Shown: piece after piece, positions 1 through 12,059 of the stretch | How the letters are laid out: the number at the start of each line of letters is the position of its first letter | How positions within the stretch are numbered: the first letter of the stretch is position 1 | Source: Callorhinchus milii | Taxonomy: Eukaryota | Length of the DNA stretch: 64,000 nucleotides | Assembly: GCF_018977255.1 (NCBI RefSeq) | Contig: NW_024704742.1 | Span: forward strand, 65,970,001 to 66,034,000 | Direction: 5' to 3' | Notes under the pieces: generated by a model | What the model was told of the DNA's origin: nothing | Database searches by the model: none | What the model saw: only the letters and a program-made list of their open reading frames with translations | Position numbers and translations under genes: made by a program

Positions 1-1436
1 AATTGACTCTATATTTTTGAGCTGAACGTGACGGCCAATTGCGCACAGCAGTGTCCCACAAACAGTCGTGGATTGAGTGACCAAATTATTATTTTTTTTT
101 TATAATCAATGAATGGCATAGGGTTTCCCGGAATGTGTTTGAGGCCAGGACACTGGACTGATTTAAAAAGCAGCTTGATGCTGTGACGGTGGGTATTCCG
201 CAAGGAGGAAATGAAATGGACCTTCTTCATCCAAACCAACCTAGTGAGTGATCTTCTGAACCGTTGAGGCACCACCACATGTGGAAAAGATGCTGCCATT
301 TTAGACAGCGATTTAAATCACTATGGTAACAGCTTAGTCCGTTTTAAGCTGTCACTGGGGCAGTGTAATGTCCCAAGCGCCTCAGAGAAAGCTAATGCCC
401 CTTTAATTAAGAAATACTTCCGATTTTCTGAGCTGCCCCCGGAGATGCCAAATGAATGGGATCAGCTACCAGTTTAGCAAGTCACAGGCTGATTGCTTGT
501 TAAAGGGTTGAATTGCAGGCGGGCGGCTAACCTAACATCGTGATGATCGGAAGGTGCAATGCTTCACTTGTGCAATGGAACTTGATCTGGTTTAAGAGCA
601 GGCTGCACTTCCTCTCCTCTTTACAGTAACAGTAAGCTGTAATTATTTCTTTAAACTATTCCTGCTGGAGAACTAAAACAAAGTGATTTGTCACAGGAAT
701 GAGTAATGGTCTCCTTCCACCCGCCTCATCTTTCCCATTCACAACGCGTTCAAAAAGATCATTCACTTCACGTCTGGTTGTGGGACAGTGCTGTGCGCAA
801 ATTAGCTACTGCGTTCACCTATAAATACACAGTCACTACACTTCACAGTAAATCCTGTGAAGCGCTTTGAGATGTCGGGAAGATGTGCTGAATGTGGCAG
901 CCATTTTGTGTATAGTAGTGACCCCCAAATAACCATGAAGTGAATGACCAACAACAACTTGCATTTATATAGCACTCCCACCCACCCACCCCCCTCTCAC
1001 AGGTAGTGTCTTGGAGCGCTTAATTCTTCCTGGAGTACTGCTGTCCAGGACCTGGGAGAAACTTCTCTTTTTGAATAATGCCTTCAAATCTGAAAAAAAA
1101 CGTAGTCACTCAATCCACAACTGTTTGCAGTACTCCATAGCTTTAATATGCATGGATTAAATATGTATAGAAACCTTGCCTATGTTACCAACCAGTTTAG
1201 TACTTGTGTACTTGTTACGTGTAAGTCATATAAAATTCGACTTATACACAACTTTGCATAAGTCATATATGATATTGTTTTTTTTCTCTTTTTTTCCAAC
1301 AAAAAACACTCAAATGATCTTTTCATTTGATACAGAGCCTTTCCTATCGGGAGAACATCTCACAGGGCTCCACAGGATTTACTGTGAAGTGTATTGACTG
1401 TGTTTTGATGGGAAAACGACTGCTTTGTTTGTTTTA

Positions 1437-1915
1437 TAATAATAATCTTTGCAGTTGATATAATGCCTATCATATCATTGAAACATCACAAAGGGCTTCA
1501 CAGATTTCACTATAAAGTGTAGTGACTGCGTATTTTGCGGGCGTACGTGGCAGTTAATTTGTGCACAACAATGTCTCACAAACAGCCTTTAAGTGAATGA
1601 TTGATTTTATTTGGGGGATTATTGCCCGGGACACCCGGCGAAACTCACTTCTCTTTTCAACTAGTAAGATCTTTAACATCTGTCTGAACAGGTAGACTTG
1701 GTTTAACGTCTAATCCAGAGGACGGCACCTCCAACAACAACTCCCCCAGCTCTGCATTGGAGCGTGAACAACAAGTTGCATATTTATAGCACCCTCAGGC
1801 AGGGTAGCGTCTTGGAGTGCTGGAATGTCAGCCTGGACGATTAGTTCAAAGTCGTGACGTAGGGCTTGAACTCACAACCTTCTGTGGCGAGGGTGCTACC
1901 AACCGAGCCAGGCAG
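1437..1915 (-). mobile_element. Deu-domain SINE (family B), near full length, with short L2-tail insert
   Basis: Reverse strand reads tRNA-like head (tggctcggttggtagcacc...gagttcaag), then GAGGTGCCGTCC..GACGTTAAACC..AAAGATC core and ..TGCAAAGATTATTATT tail; same layout at more than 10 other loci in the window. Confidence 0.8.
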
Positions 1916-2587
1916 ACACATTTATTCAACATAAAAACAGAGTTATCAATCATCCACTTACAGCACAATCTGACTTCTAATAACACTATTCAGTTACCTG
2001 GGTATAAATAGTATCTGGCAGAGGCTATAATTGCCACAGACACACAAACAGACTCATTCATTCACTCACTCACTCACTCACTCACTCAGAAACCATTTCC
2101 CTGCCTATGCCAAGGTCTGTATGTTAATTTTGAAGTACAGTATTAATGTAGCTTGTTTGCATTATAATAATATAATAAAAATAATCCTTGCTTTTGATAT
2201 TGCACCTTATTACATTGTCACAACGTCTCAAAGCTCTCACAGGCTATACTGTAAAGTGCAGTGACTATGTATTTTGTGGGTGAAAGGAAGCCACCCTCGT
2301 AGACCATGCTCCAGTGATTTCTTCATGATTTGTTCATGTGTGAGCCTAGATAGTAAATGGCGGGAGTGGGTAGGGGTTATCACAGTCAAACCCATACGAC
2401 AACAACAAATTGCGTTTATATAGTGCTTTTCACGTCATAATCTGCCGAGTCACTGAACACTTAAGGGTTTGCACCCAGGCTGGGGGTTGGAATCAAGAGG
2501 GTTAGAGAGTAAGGGAGGTGGGGATGGGGGTGGGAGTGTAGCAGAAGGCATGGTCAAAGAAGAAAATCTTTATCCCAACTGATGATG

Positions 2588-2785
2588 ATAATAATAATTT
2601 TTGCTTTTGATATAGTGCCTTATCACGTCATTGAGACGTCTCAAAGCACTGAAACCTGGCAGTCAATTGTGCATAGCAGTGTCTCACAAACAGTCGTGGA
2701 TTGAGTGACCATATTATTATTATTTGGGATGGGGGGGATATTATTACCCCCGGAAAAGCCATCCACCAATCGACTAACAACCTAA
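2588..2785 (-). mobile_element. SINE family A, 3' part
   Basis: Reverse complement of the shared body/tail (ggtcactcaatccacgactgtttgtg...gcactatatcaaaagc). Confidence 0.75.
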
Positions 2786-3160
2786 TAATATTATTAATAA
2801 TTTTATAATAGTACAACAACAACAAAATTACATTTGTAAAGCGCCTTTCACATCGGGAGGACATTAATAATAATACAGTATACAGTATAATGTTATTAAC
2901 AATACAGTATTATATTAAGAACAATTACTTATAATATTATGCTGATATAATATTAAACCTAGGTGACGACCCCCTTCCCTCTTCCCCCCCCCCCCAGCTT
3001 GTGTCTTGTCTGAGTTAAGAGATCCTTTGGTTTCAAACCTCTGGATGAGGCACTGAGTGAGGTAATGGATGATAAAGTTAAGAACGGCTCATTGGGAAAG
3101 CAGTGAGCAAAGTAATGTGAGCTAAAGTGGCATTGCAATCAGTAGTTGTGGGCAGATTTT

Positions 3161-3724
3161 GGGAGAGGTGGGTGGAGAGAAGAGGGAGAGGGAGAGAAGA
3201 GGGAGAGGGAGGGGGGGAGAGAGAGAGAGAGAGGGGAGAGGTGGGTGGAGAGAAGAGGAGAGGGAGAGAAGAGGGAGAGGGAGGGGGGAGAGAGAGAAGG
3301 GGGAGAGGTGGGTGGAGAGAAGAGGGAGAGGGAGAGAAGAGGGAGAGGGGGAGAGAGAGAAGAGGGAGAGGTGGGTGGAGAGAAGAGGGAGAGGGAGAGA
3401 AGAGGGAGAGGAGGGGGGAGAGGGAGGGAGGGAGAGAGAGAGGGGGAGAGAGAGGGGGAGAGAAGAGGGAGAGGAGAGAAGAGGGAGAGGGGAGAGGGGG
3501 AGAGAGAGAGGGAGAGGGGGGGAGGAAGAGGGAGGGAGAGAAGAGGGAGAGGGAGGAGAGAGAGAGAGAGGGAGAGGGAGGGAGAGAGAGAGAGAGGAGA
3601 GGGAGAGAGAGAGAGGGAGGGAGAGAGAGGGAGGAGAGAGAGAGGGAGGGAGAGAAGAGGGAGAGAGGGAGAGAAGAGAGAGAGGGAGGGAGAGAGAGAA
3701 GAGGGAGAGGTGGGAGAGAAGAAG
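3161..3724. repeat. Polypurine (GA-rich) degenerate tandem repeat
   Basis: Almost only G/A, with recurring GAGAGGTGGGTGGAGAGAAGAGGGAGAGG units. Confidence 0.95.
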
Positions 3725-3749
3725 NNNNNNNNNNNNNNNNNNNNNNNNN
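3725..3749. other. Assembly gap (25 N)
   Basis: Run of N. Confidence 1.
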
Positions 3750-3874
3750 CCCCCCTCTCTCCCCCTCTCTCTCTCTCTGTGTCTCCCCCTCTCTCTCCCT
3801 CTCTCTCTCTCTCTCTGTGTCCCCCTCTCTCTCCTCTCCCTCCTCTCTCGTGTGTCTCCCCCTCCCTCTCCCCC

Positions 3875-3905
<31 letters not shown>

Positions 3906-4052
3906 TCTCTGTCTCTCTGTGTCTCTCCTCACTCTCTCCCCCTCTCTCTCTCTCTCTGTGTCTCCCCCTCTCTCTCCCTCTCTCTCTGTGTGTGTGTCTC
4001 CCTCTCCTCCCCCTCTCTCTGTGTGTCTCCCTCTGTGTGTGTGTGTCTCCTC
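3750..4052. repeat. Polypyrimidine (CT)n/(TG)n low-complexity repeat
   Basis: CT-rich with TGTGTCTCCCC units. Confidence 0.95.
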
Positions 4053-4483
4053 CATCGGCAAAGACGAACGAAAGCCTTTCGCAAAGCAGCTGAAGTTGGG
4101 TGACTTGTGATCCGGGGGATGTGTTGGACAGCGAACTGTCGGATTTTGCTGTAGTTGGCGCTGGATTTACAAATGACTTGAAGCTGTGTGTGTGGTGTTG
4201 GTGGTGTTGGTGGTGTGTGTGTGTGTGTTGCACAGCTCACACTCTGCGTTGGAGAACTGAGGGCTTTTCTGGGTACAAGTCGTCAACTTGCACTTTGTTA
4301 AACAACTGTGTGCTCCACCACTGGTCAGTATCCTTTATATATATATTATATATATGTGTATAGTTATATGTGTGTGTATTGTGTGTCTGCATTGTTTATT
4401 TTTTAATTTAAGGACTTTTAAAGGAGCATTTTGGTACCAGAGCGTTAGTCTTTTGAGGTGCAATCAGTGATGGTGATGATGTT

Positions 4484-4660
4484 AATAATAATCCTTGCAT
4501 TTGATACAGCGCCTTATCACGTCGTTGAGACGTCTCAAAGCGCTTCCACGCTTTACCGGAAAGTGTTAAGTGACTGCGTATTTTGTGGGCGAAACGCGCC
4601 GGCCAACTGCACACAGCAGTGTCCCACAAATGGTCGTGGACTGAGCGACCAAATTATTTT
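4484..4660 (-). mobile_element. SINE 3' fragment
   Basis: aataataatccttgcatttgatacagcgccttatcacgtcgttgagacgtctcaaagcgc, the reverse complement of the shared SINE tail. Confidence 0.8.
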
Positions 4661-5774
4661 CTTGTCGGAGATGCGAGTGAGGGGATCGGACCGAGGGGAG
4701 GAGAGGCAGAGCGAGAGCAGGCTGCTGTATTGGGCTGAATGTGGATCCCCTGGAGGAAAGGACATGAGAGAAAGAGAGTTTTATTCAGACGTGTTGGGAC
4801 TGATCTGACCAGGAAAATGAACACCGCAGAGAGAGAGAGCGATAGAGTGAGAGAGAGAGAGAGAAATTATCATTCAAGCAAGTTAGGACTGGGCAGATTT
4901 GATTTACTTCTGTTATAGATTTGTTCTGGAGACCAGTCACATCCAGTAACTGCACATGGTGTGTGTTGGGAGGCGGGAAGGAAATCAAACCATTTCGCCC
5001 ACAAAAATATACAGTCAATTCGTTTTGCAGTATATTCTGTGAACTGCTTCAAGTCTCGACCACCTCATAAAATTAATAATAATCCTTGCATTTGATACAG
5101 CGTCTTTACAATCATTGGATTGTCATTGTAAACTAATGATAAGGCGCCATATCAAATGGAAGGATGATTATTTTAATATATATCAAAGCAGGTTTAAAAT
5201 CTGCTCACATACAACCCCCGCCCCCTCTCCCTCTCCTTTAACACTTTAACATTGACACTAATAGCACCCTCCACCCTGAAGGCTTGTCAAAATCTTTCCA
5301 CTCGTGTTAGTGATTCTTCATTTTGATCCAAAGTGGACACAGGCAGGTCAAATGTTTTAATATGCATGTGCTTATTATTATTAAGCTTATTGCTTATTAA
5401 GCGCTCTGAGACGCTGCCCCGCATGAAGAGTGCTATATAAATGCAAGTTGTTGTGGTGGTGCTGGGCAAGTGTTTGGGTCGGTGGCTGTTAGTGGTTGTG
5501 TGTGTTTTAGACGGGGTATAATAAGCACAGTCCATCCACCTCTTACAAAACAAACACCCCAACTGCTGGTGTGTCTTGGACTCGGAGCTGGCAATGTGTA
5601 TGGGGAATAGTTTGACTCAAGGCAGCAAGGCAAGCTCTCCCTGCCTCCTTTGCAGATCCAGATTCCTTGTGATACCAGCCTAGCTTTCCTACTGATCCAT
5701 TCCCATCCTGCTCTATATTGGGTCTAACCGCTTGTCGGGACTTGGAATCACATAGTCCAAACTGTCGCTTCAAT

Positions 5775-5958
5775 GCAGCGCTATGGGGGTGTTGCATTGA
5801 CAGAGGTGCCATCCACAGCTGAGACGTTAATCCGAGGTCCCGTCTGCCTGTTCAAGTGAACGTTAAAGATCCCACGGCACTATTTGAAAAGAGGAGTTTC
5901 TCTCTCCCAGAGCGTTGGCCAACAATCCCCCAAATAAAATCGTTTACTCACTCCGTGG

Positions 5959-5965
<7 letters not shown>
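5775..5965 (+). mobile_element. Deu-domain SINE internal fragment running into a (TG)n microsatellite
   Basis: gaggtgccatcc..gagacgttaatccgagg..gttaaagatcccacggcactatttgaaaagaggag. Confidence 0.75.
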
Positions 5966-5991
<26 letters not shown>

Positions 5992-7744
5992 TGTGTGGAG
6001 GGTGATCCAGTGTGTATTGATTGTGTATCATCTTGCCTGAGGTGCCCACCTTGCAGCAGTAAAGGGGGTTGCGGTGGAGGTCCGGTGTGCATTGATTGAG
6101 AGTGGGAAGCCTGGCTGATTTCTCCGTTAGTGTTCTGCACAGTATTCAAGTTCCTGAAGCTCTCTCTGGCACGGAATAAAACCATCATTGCATTCGTGAA
6201 AAATCCTTTATATAAATGCAAACAGATTTTTTTTTAAAAAATCGGCTATACACTTCATGTTTTTTTTTGTCATCGCAGGATGCAAATTGGTTACCATGTT
6301 TCCCTACAAAATACGCAGTCGCTAAACTTTGCAATAAAATCTTGTGAAGCTCTTTGAGAGGTCTCAACAACACTATATCAAATGCAAGGATTATTTTGTT
6401 ATAAATTTGTTGTGATTGCTTAAAAGTATCTGAGTTTCAAAGCTAAGAGCATCCACTCTCCACTGTGGTCTCAGAACAATGTTGTAATAATAATAATCTG
6501 CATTTGATATAACATCTTTCGGGTCAGGATGACGTCTCAAAGCGCTTCACAGGACGTTCCATTAAAGTGGAGTGACTGTATTTTGTGGACGAATGCAGAC
6601 AGCAACATTCCACAAACCGCCGTGAAGTGAATTACCAGCGTTAAAAGATGAAAGCGAGCTTAAAATATTTTCTTAATGAGCAAGTACAACTTCCTTATTT
6701 TTTGAAAAAAATATTCTTGGAATTCACTAAATAAATAGCCCTTATCATTTGAACTTGCCCACTTGATGTTTACAGTCAGTACAAAAAAAACTGCAAATAT
6801 CTTACTTGAAGTTGTTAATTTCTCCTCCCTCCCCTGTTCTTCTTAAGCTTAACAAAAACTTTTAGCTGCAGATTGAATTTGTTGAGATTGCCTCCGTAAT
6901 GTAATGTGAAGTGCTTTGAGACGTCCTACTGACGGGAAAGGCTCTACACCAAATGTAAGGATTGTGATTAACGTTCCTGTTTGACTGGAGTTGTGTCCTG
7001 GGACTGGCTAGTGGTGTCCCCCCTACATCTCCTTCCTGAGGGACCCCTCGGGTATGATTCTCGCTTTCAATGTGGGCGCTGTCTCCTCGTCCATACAACA
7101 CAAGCTGTGTTATCACCGCACACAGTGAACAAGAAATTACAACACTCCTGCTAATGTCAACTGGGACTAGGGAGGGGGGAAAAGACGGAGGGCGGAGGTA
7201 GCTAAAGAGAAGAAATCTTCAACAACTTGCATTTATATAGCGCCCCCTTACCCAGGGTAGCGTCCAAAGCGCTTGTCAATGGCGGAACATGACGTCGAGC
7301 CGGGGGAGAAGGGAGATGACCGTAGGCACGGTTGAAGAGGAAGGTCTTCAGGAGTGAAGGAAGGGGCAAGGGGGAAGGATAGAATAAGACTGTTCCAGAG
7401 TTTCAGCGAAGCCTTTCTGAGGGTTTCCCACCTTGGGTGGGTGAGACTCTTTAAGACTTGATGCCGTTTGCATGGGGAGTGCTCCTGTCTGCCGCTGGGG
7501 TGTAGTTTACGTGAAGTGAAATTGGCCTTTTGAAGACTCAGCTTATCAGGAGAGATTCAAGCGGAGCAGCAGGGCGAGCTCACACATTCACTTCGGTTGT
7601 GAAATGATTCTCACTGTTAACCCTTAGAGGGACTCGGAAGCTTTTCTGTGCTTAAACAGTACCAGTTTTTCTTTGTTGTTGCAGCTGACGTAATACACTC
7701 TCGAATTATGTTTTGTCCAACAGTAGAATATGTTTTTTTGAAAT

Positions 7745-7950
7745 GTTTGTGTGTCTGTGTCCTGTGTTTGTCTATCTTTGTTTGTGTCTGTCTTTGTTGT
7801 GTGCATCTGTCTGTGTCTATGTACATCTGCCTTTTTGTGTGTTTATCTTTGTGTCTGTGTATGTCCGTCTTTGTGTGTGTTTGTGCCTATATGTCTGTGT
7901 CTGTGTGTGCGTCTGTACTTGTGTGTGTGTGTGTGTGTGTGTGCCTGTGT
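7745..7950. repeat. Degenerate (TG)/(TGTC) low-complexity tract
   Basis: Direct inspection. Confidence 0.9.
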
Positions 7951-8040
7951 ATGATGCAAGAAAAGCGCCAGTTTGGAAAATTGAGAATAGAACTCAGTGC
8001 CGAAAGGGAGTGGAGACATTTATTTTTCTAAAAAGCCTAC

Positions 8041-8052
8041 GTTCCTGGAAAT
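8041..8052 (-). other. Candidate 12-nt microexon
   Basis: Minus strand: ttcttgcatttttagtttttatttcag|ATTTCCAGGAAC|gtaggc. Confidence 0.3.
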
Positions 8053-8231
8053 CTGAAATAAAAACTAAAAATGCAAGAAACAGAGCTAACCACCTGAAGG
8101 ACAGGTTGAGGGTTTCGGTGTGACTCCCCATCGTCACCGTTCTGACAGTCGGTCACATGTGAAACTTTAAGCCGTATGTTTACCTTCAGATGCTGAGCAA
8201 CTTGCCTCTCACTTCCAGCCATTCGGATAGG

Positions 8232-8550
8232 ATCAATTTCAAGCTACTCACCCTCACCTATAAATCCCTTCACACCCTAGCACTTCCTTATCTCTCTAGC
8301 TCCTCCTGAACCACTCCTCTGCTTGGCTAACTCCGTCCCCCACCTGCTACTCTCCTAAACTCTGGAACTCCCTCTACCCCTCGACTCACCCACTCTGTAT
8401 CTTCCACCTTAAAACCTACCTTTTCAGCCCTGCCTATGGCCACCTCTCTTTTCCCCCCTCTGCCTTGCTCAATGTCCAAGCCTGCCGTTTTAAGGCGCCC
8501 AGAGTTGTTAGCTTATGTGAGGGGCACTAGATAAACGCAAGTTGTTGTTG
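8232..8550 (+). mobile_element. Old L2 LINE 3' fragment
   Basis: atcaatttcaagctactcaccctcacctataaatccctt (FK(I/L)L.LTYKSL-type L2 ORF2 C-terminus) and gcaagttgttgttg tail. Confidence 0.7.
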
Positions 8551-9026
8551 CTGTCGTGTGTTTGTGGGACACCACTGTGCGCAATTGGCTGCCACGTTTC
8601 GCCCACAAAATACACAGTCAATCCGTTTTACAATATGTTCTGTGAAGCGCTTTGAGATGTCTCAATGATGTGAAAAGGTGCTATAACAAATACAAGGATT
8701 ATTATATTACTAACGCTGACTGAAGGCACATCCGTACCATTCAGCATAATTTAACCCTTTGTGTAACATGTAGTTGTATCACACAGAATGCATTTACTGC
8801 TGACGTATAGAGTACTTCTTACACAATATTTTTCCTGCGATGTGTTACATACAGTATTTCCCGAATGTAAAGACACCAGTCTGAAAATGTTTTGTGGGGA
8901 TGGGGGAGAGAAAGGGAATCCCTGTGTTAGTGAACAATCGTTTCCCCCACAGTGTTTTACATACTTGACCAGGTGCAGGCAAATGAATGGAAATGTATTC
9001 CGAATAGCAACAAAAAATATATAATC

Positions 9027-9350
9027 AACTGTCTGGCAAGCTTCCCGCTGCTTGTCCAGCAGGACCTCTTGACCTGTTAGAGCTTTGGTTTACAGAGTTA
9101 ACAGGAGCTGAGTGGGATGGCTCCCTGCCCCCAGTCACTGATCTGCCCTCTCAGGTCCTGCCGATGAGCCAGGCTGGCTGTGCTGTCATCAACAGTGCCC
9201 TGTGGACCCACTTGGCTCAGGAACCGGACTACCGAGACCACCACAGAGGGCTGGGTTCAATTCCGACATTCAATTGCCAGACATGTCACCTTGGAGCCAA
9301 TTCAGTTCCAAGGAGAACTCGCTTACCTCCCCACCCCACCCGCCTCTCCG
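9027..9350 (-). mobile_element. Unclassified interspersed repeat (family C), 5' module
   Basis: Aligns with 38386-38660 in the same orientation and with 18005-18110 in the opposite orientation. Confidence 0.7.
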
Positions 9351-9699
9351 CCCAAGAGGGATAGTCACTAAATTTATAATTAAGAAATATACTCCACAGA
9401 GATGTCTTTTTTACTCGAACCAATGGGACGATACAGAGAGACTCAAAGGTTTGTAGAGGGCTGGAAGTTAATGCTAGTTAGGACAGATTAGTAGTTTGCT
9501 GTGGAAATACCTCCTGAGAAAATGACCCTATTATTACGTTTAACAAAAGCAGGCACCAGGGCAATGACATTGTCCACAGTGACAGACAGTTTTGAGTTCT
9601 TGTTACTGTATTTTTTTAAAAAAGGAGAAAATTGATGATTGCCTTAACCCCTTCTCTGCTGAAAGGCTGCTTTCATTTTTAACAATCCGCCCAATCTTA

Positions 9700-9945
9700 A
9701 AATAATTTGTTTTTGCCGGGGCTTTTTGGTCAAAATTTATCAACCAAGTTTTCGTGTCTTAAGAATCTTTATTGGGCAGCCGGGTGTCTTGACACATGTG
9801 GAAACCGATCCCCATGCTTATGAGTATCCAAACCAAGCTGAGATTTCTATGCCTCCCACCTCCACATGGAAATCCCAGAGATAGATTGTTGGAATGGAAT
9901 ATGCACATCCTGTTTACCTGATCCCAGAAAGTATTACCTCTTGAC
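9700..9945 (-). mobile_element. Unclassified interspersed repeat (family C), 3' module
   Basis: Reverse complement matches 18220-18392 and 16432-16508. Confidence 0.7.
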
Positions 9946-10526
9946 CATGTACCTCTCCATCTGCTTGGCGTCTGACCCCGTCTATGTGAGACACTCCAAG
10001 GTGTTGTAGGATGTGAAGGGCACTGTATAAGTGCAAGTTTTCATCTTTCTACAATTGGCCTCAAGCTCCAGAATGGGCTGCAGGTGGGTTGATGCTGTTC
10101 GGACAGTACTGTTTACAGAGGCTCTTTAAAAACCGACCCATGTCCCCGTTACCCTACCTCCACCTAGCCAGAAGGGTTATGGATGTCAATGTAAGATGAG
10201 AACAGGGTCACACGCGGCTGTGATATGTTCCCCCCCCCCCAGCTTTCTGTTGACAGTCACATAGCTCACTTTCCTGTCTCAGCTGACATATAAAGAATGG
10301 TCTGGCGAGTGAGGAACCAAAGGATGTGTGTGGGTTCCGACCCCAGAAAAGAATCAGCACCTACAGTGGAGACGAAGAATGTATAGCTGCGTAGCATCTT
10401 GTCCAGTTGGAAAGCCTTTAAGTGTTTTGCCTACATAAACAGTCACTGAACTTGACAGTAAACCTGCAAACACTGCAGTTGTGAGGCGACTGTCCACCTC
10501 ATTTGCAGCATTTTTGGCCAGGGCAT

Positions 10527-10920
10527 AACAATAATAATACTTGCATTTGATATCGTGCCTTATCCAGTCTTCAGACGTCTCAAAGCGCTTCACAGAATAT
10601 ACTATAAAGTGAATTGACTGCATATTTGTGGACAAAACGGGCGGCCAATTTCGCACAGCAATGTCCCACAAACAGTCGTGGATTGAGCGACCGCATTATT
10701 ATTATTTTGGGTGGGGGAGAAACTTCATTTTCTAATGTAATAACGTCACAGCAATCTTAAGAACAAGCAGACGGGACATCAGTTGAATGTCTCACCCGAT
10801 AGATGGCAACTATTAGCAATGCGGCGCTCTGTCAGTACTGCACTGGAGTGTCAAAGCTCCTGTTGTGTGGCTTGAACCCACGACCTTCTGACCCAGAGGT
10901 GAATGCCTTACTGACTGAGC
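10527..10920 (-). mobile_element. SINE A 3' half followed by Deu-SINE 5' half
   Basis: Shared tail motif at 10527-10708; head ggcttgaacccacgaccttctgacccagagg at 10869-10920. Confidence 0.7.
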
Positions 10921-11102
10921 CGGGGGGGGGGGGGGGAGAGAAATATGATTTAGCAGGTGGCCTATGAATATAGAGATGTAACGATTGAACAGAGTTCAAC
11001 CCGGAGAGGTTGTACTATACTGAGATCACGTGTTCCCTGAGCACCAAGGCATCGTTTGTAACTGTGCGTAAATCACAACCCGGCCTTGCAGGTTGCAATC
11101 CA

Positions 11103-11170
11103 TTAAGTGAAAGTGACACCTTTTGGCATCTTTTTACACTTTTTTTGTTAAAGGTGCCACTTTCACTTAA
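11103..11170 (-). other. Stem-loop, 21-bp stem and 26-nt loop
   Basis: TTAAGTGAAAGTGACACCTTT (11103-11123) versus AAAGGTGCCACTTTCACTTAA (11150-11170); the single A.C mismatch is G.U on the minus strand. Confidence 0.7.
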
Positions 11171-11513
11171 CTGATGTTAAAAGCCGGTCGCTCAAGAGTA
11201 CATCAGTTGGAGTGTCTTCATTTTCATTCCACCAAATTGCAGCATTCATTCATTTCTGAGACGGCACTAATCCCAGTGTAAAGTCATCTCTCTCTCACTC
11301 TCTCATTCACTCATTTGGAGAAGCTGCACATTTTCTTTCACAACCTTTTTTCTCGCTCACGTTCCTGAATTGAGTCTGAACGGATTATTGTAGAATCCAG
11401 ACGTGAGGGTTCCTTCGACTTGAACCTACTCGAGAGTCTGTGACTGCGATGCGGAGGGTCTGCTTGGTTCCATTGGTAGCGCTCTTGCCTTTGCGTCGGA
11501 CGGTTTTACTTAC

Positions 11514-11558
11514 CGTGCACAAAATTAGCACTAGTGTTTGCCCACACAAAAAATTCAT
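11514..11558 (-). CDS. Candidate short first coding exon MNFLCGQTLVLILCT (gene unidentified)
   Basis: gtcATG plus 15 open codons ending ACG|GTAAGT (consensus donor); CCAAT, TATTTGTTTA and TTGCGTCA motifs upstream; unique CpG-containing context. Confidence 0.35.
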
Positions 11559-12059
11559 GACATGAGACTGTAAATATAGCTTTGCTTTGTTTTGACGCAA
11601 TAAGGTGCTAAACAAATATTTATTGGTTTCTTCAATGCCTGGTTGGCTGGCCCTGCTGTAAATTATTATCTCTCCTCCCACCACACCCCCCCACGCACTC
11701 TCTCTCTGTGACCTATTAAACTTCACTGATCTGTCCGCTCCCTCTGCTCTGCAGGCTCCATCCAGCCTGGGCTCTCAGCAGGACACTTTGAGACCCACCC
11801 TGACCCTGAGGTACTTAAACCTCAGAACAATACCGAAGGATGCACTGAGATAGTAGGACAAGAGGACGCGGGTTTAGGGTTGGTCAAATTGGTCACTCAA
11901 TCCACGACTGTTCGTGGGACACTGCTGTGTGCAATTGGCTATCGCGTTTTGCCCACAAAATGCACAAACAATTCACTTTACAATCTATTCTATGAAGCGC
12001 TGTGAGACGTCTCAATAACTTAATAAGACTCTGTTCAAATGCAACGATTATCATTATTG

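Noticed and set aside
4045..4183. Minus-strand exon LQVICKSSANYSK... as the common acceptor
   Set aside because: AG is preceded by CA repeats, not a pyrimidine tract, and no donor precedes the GA repeat
3078..4233. Six 300+ aa ORFs
   Set aside because: Translations of GA/CT low-complexity DNA spanning an N gap
5952..6188. Minus-strand phase-0 exon MMVLFRARES...HTHSHG|GTGAGT
   Set aside because: The donor and adjacent TG run derive from the SINE body (actcactccgtggctgt), so support is weak; SINE exonisation cannot be excluded
8184..8222. MAGSERQVAQHLK|GTAAAC as a first exon
   Set aside because: Weaker donor, and the ATG lies ~10 nt from an L2 fragment, leaving no unique promoter or UTR
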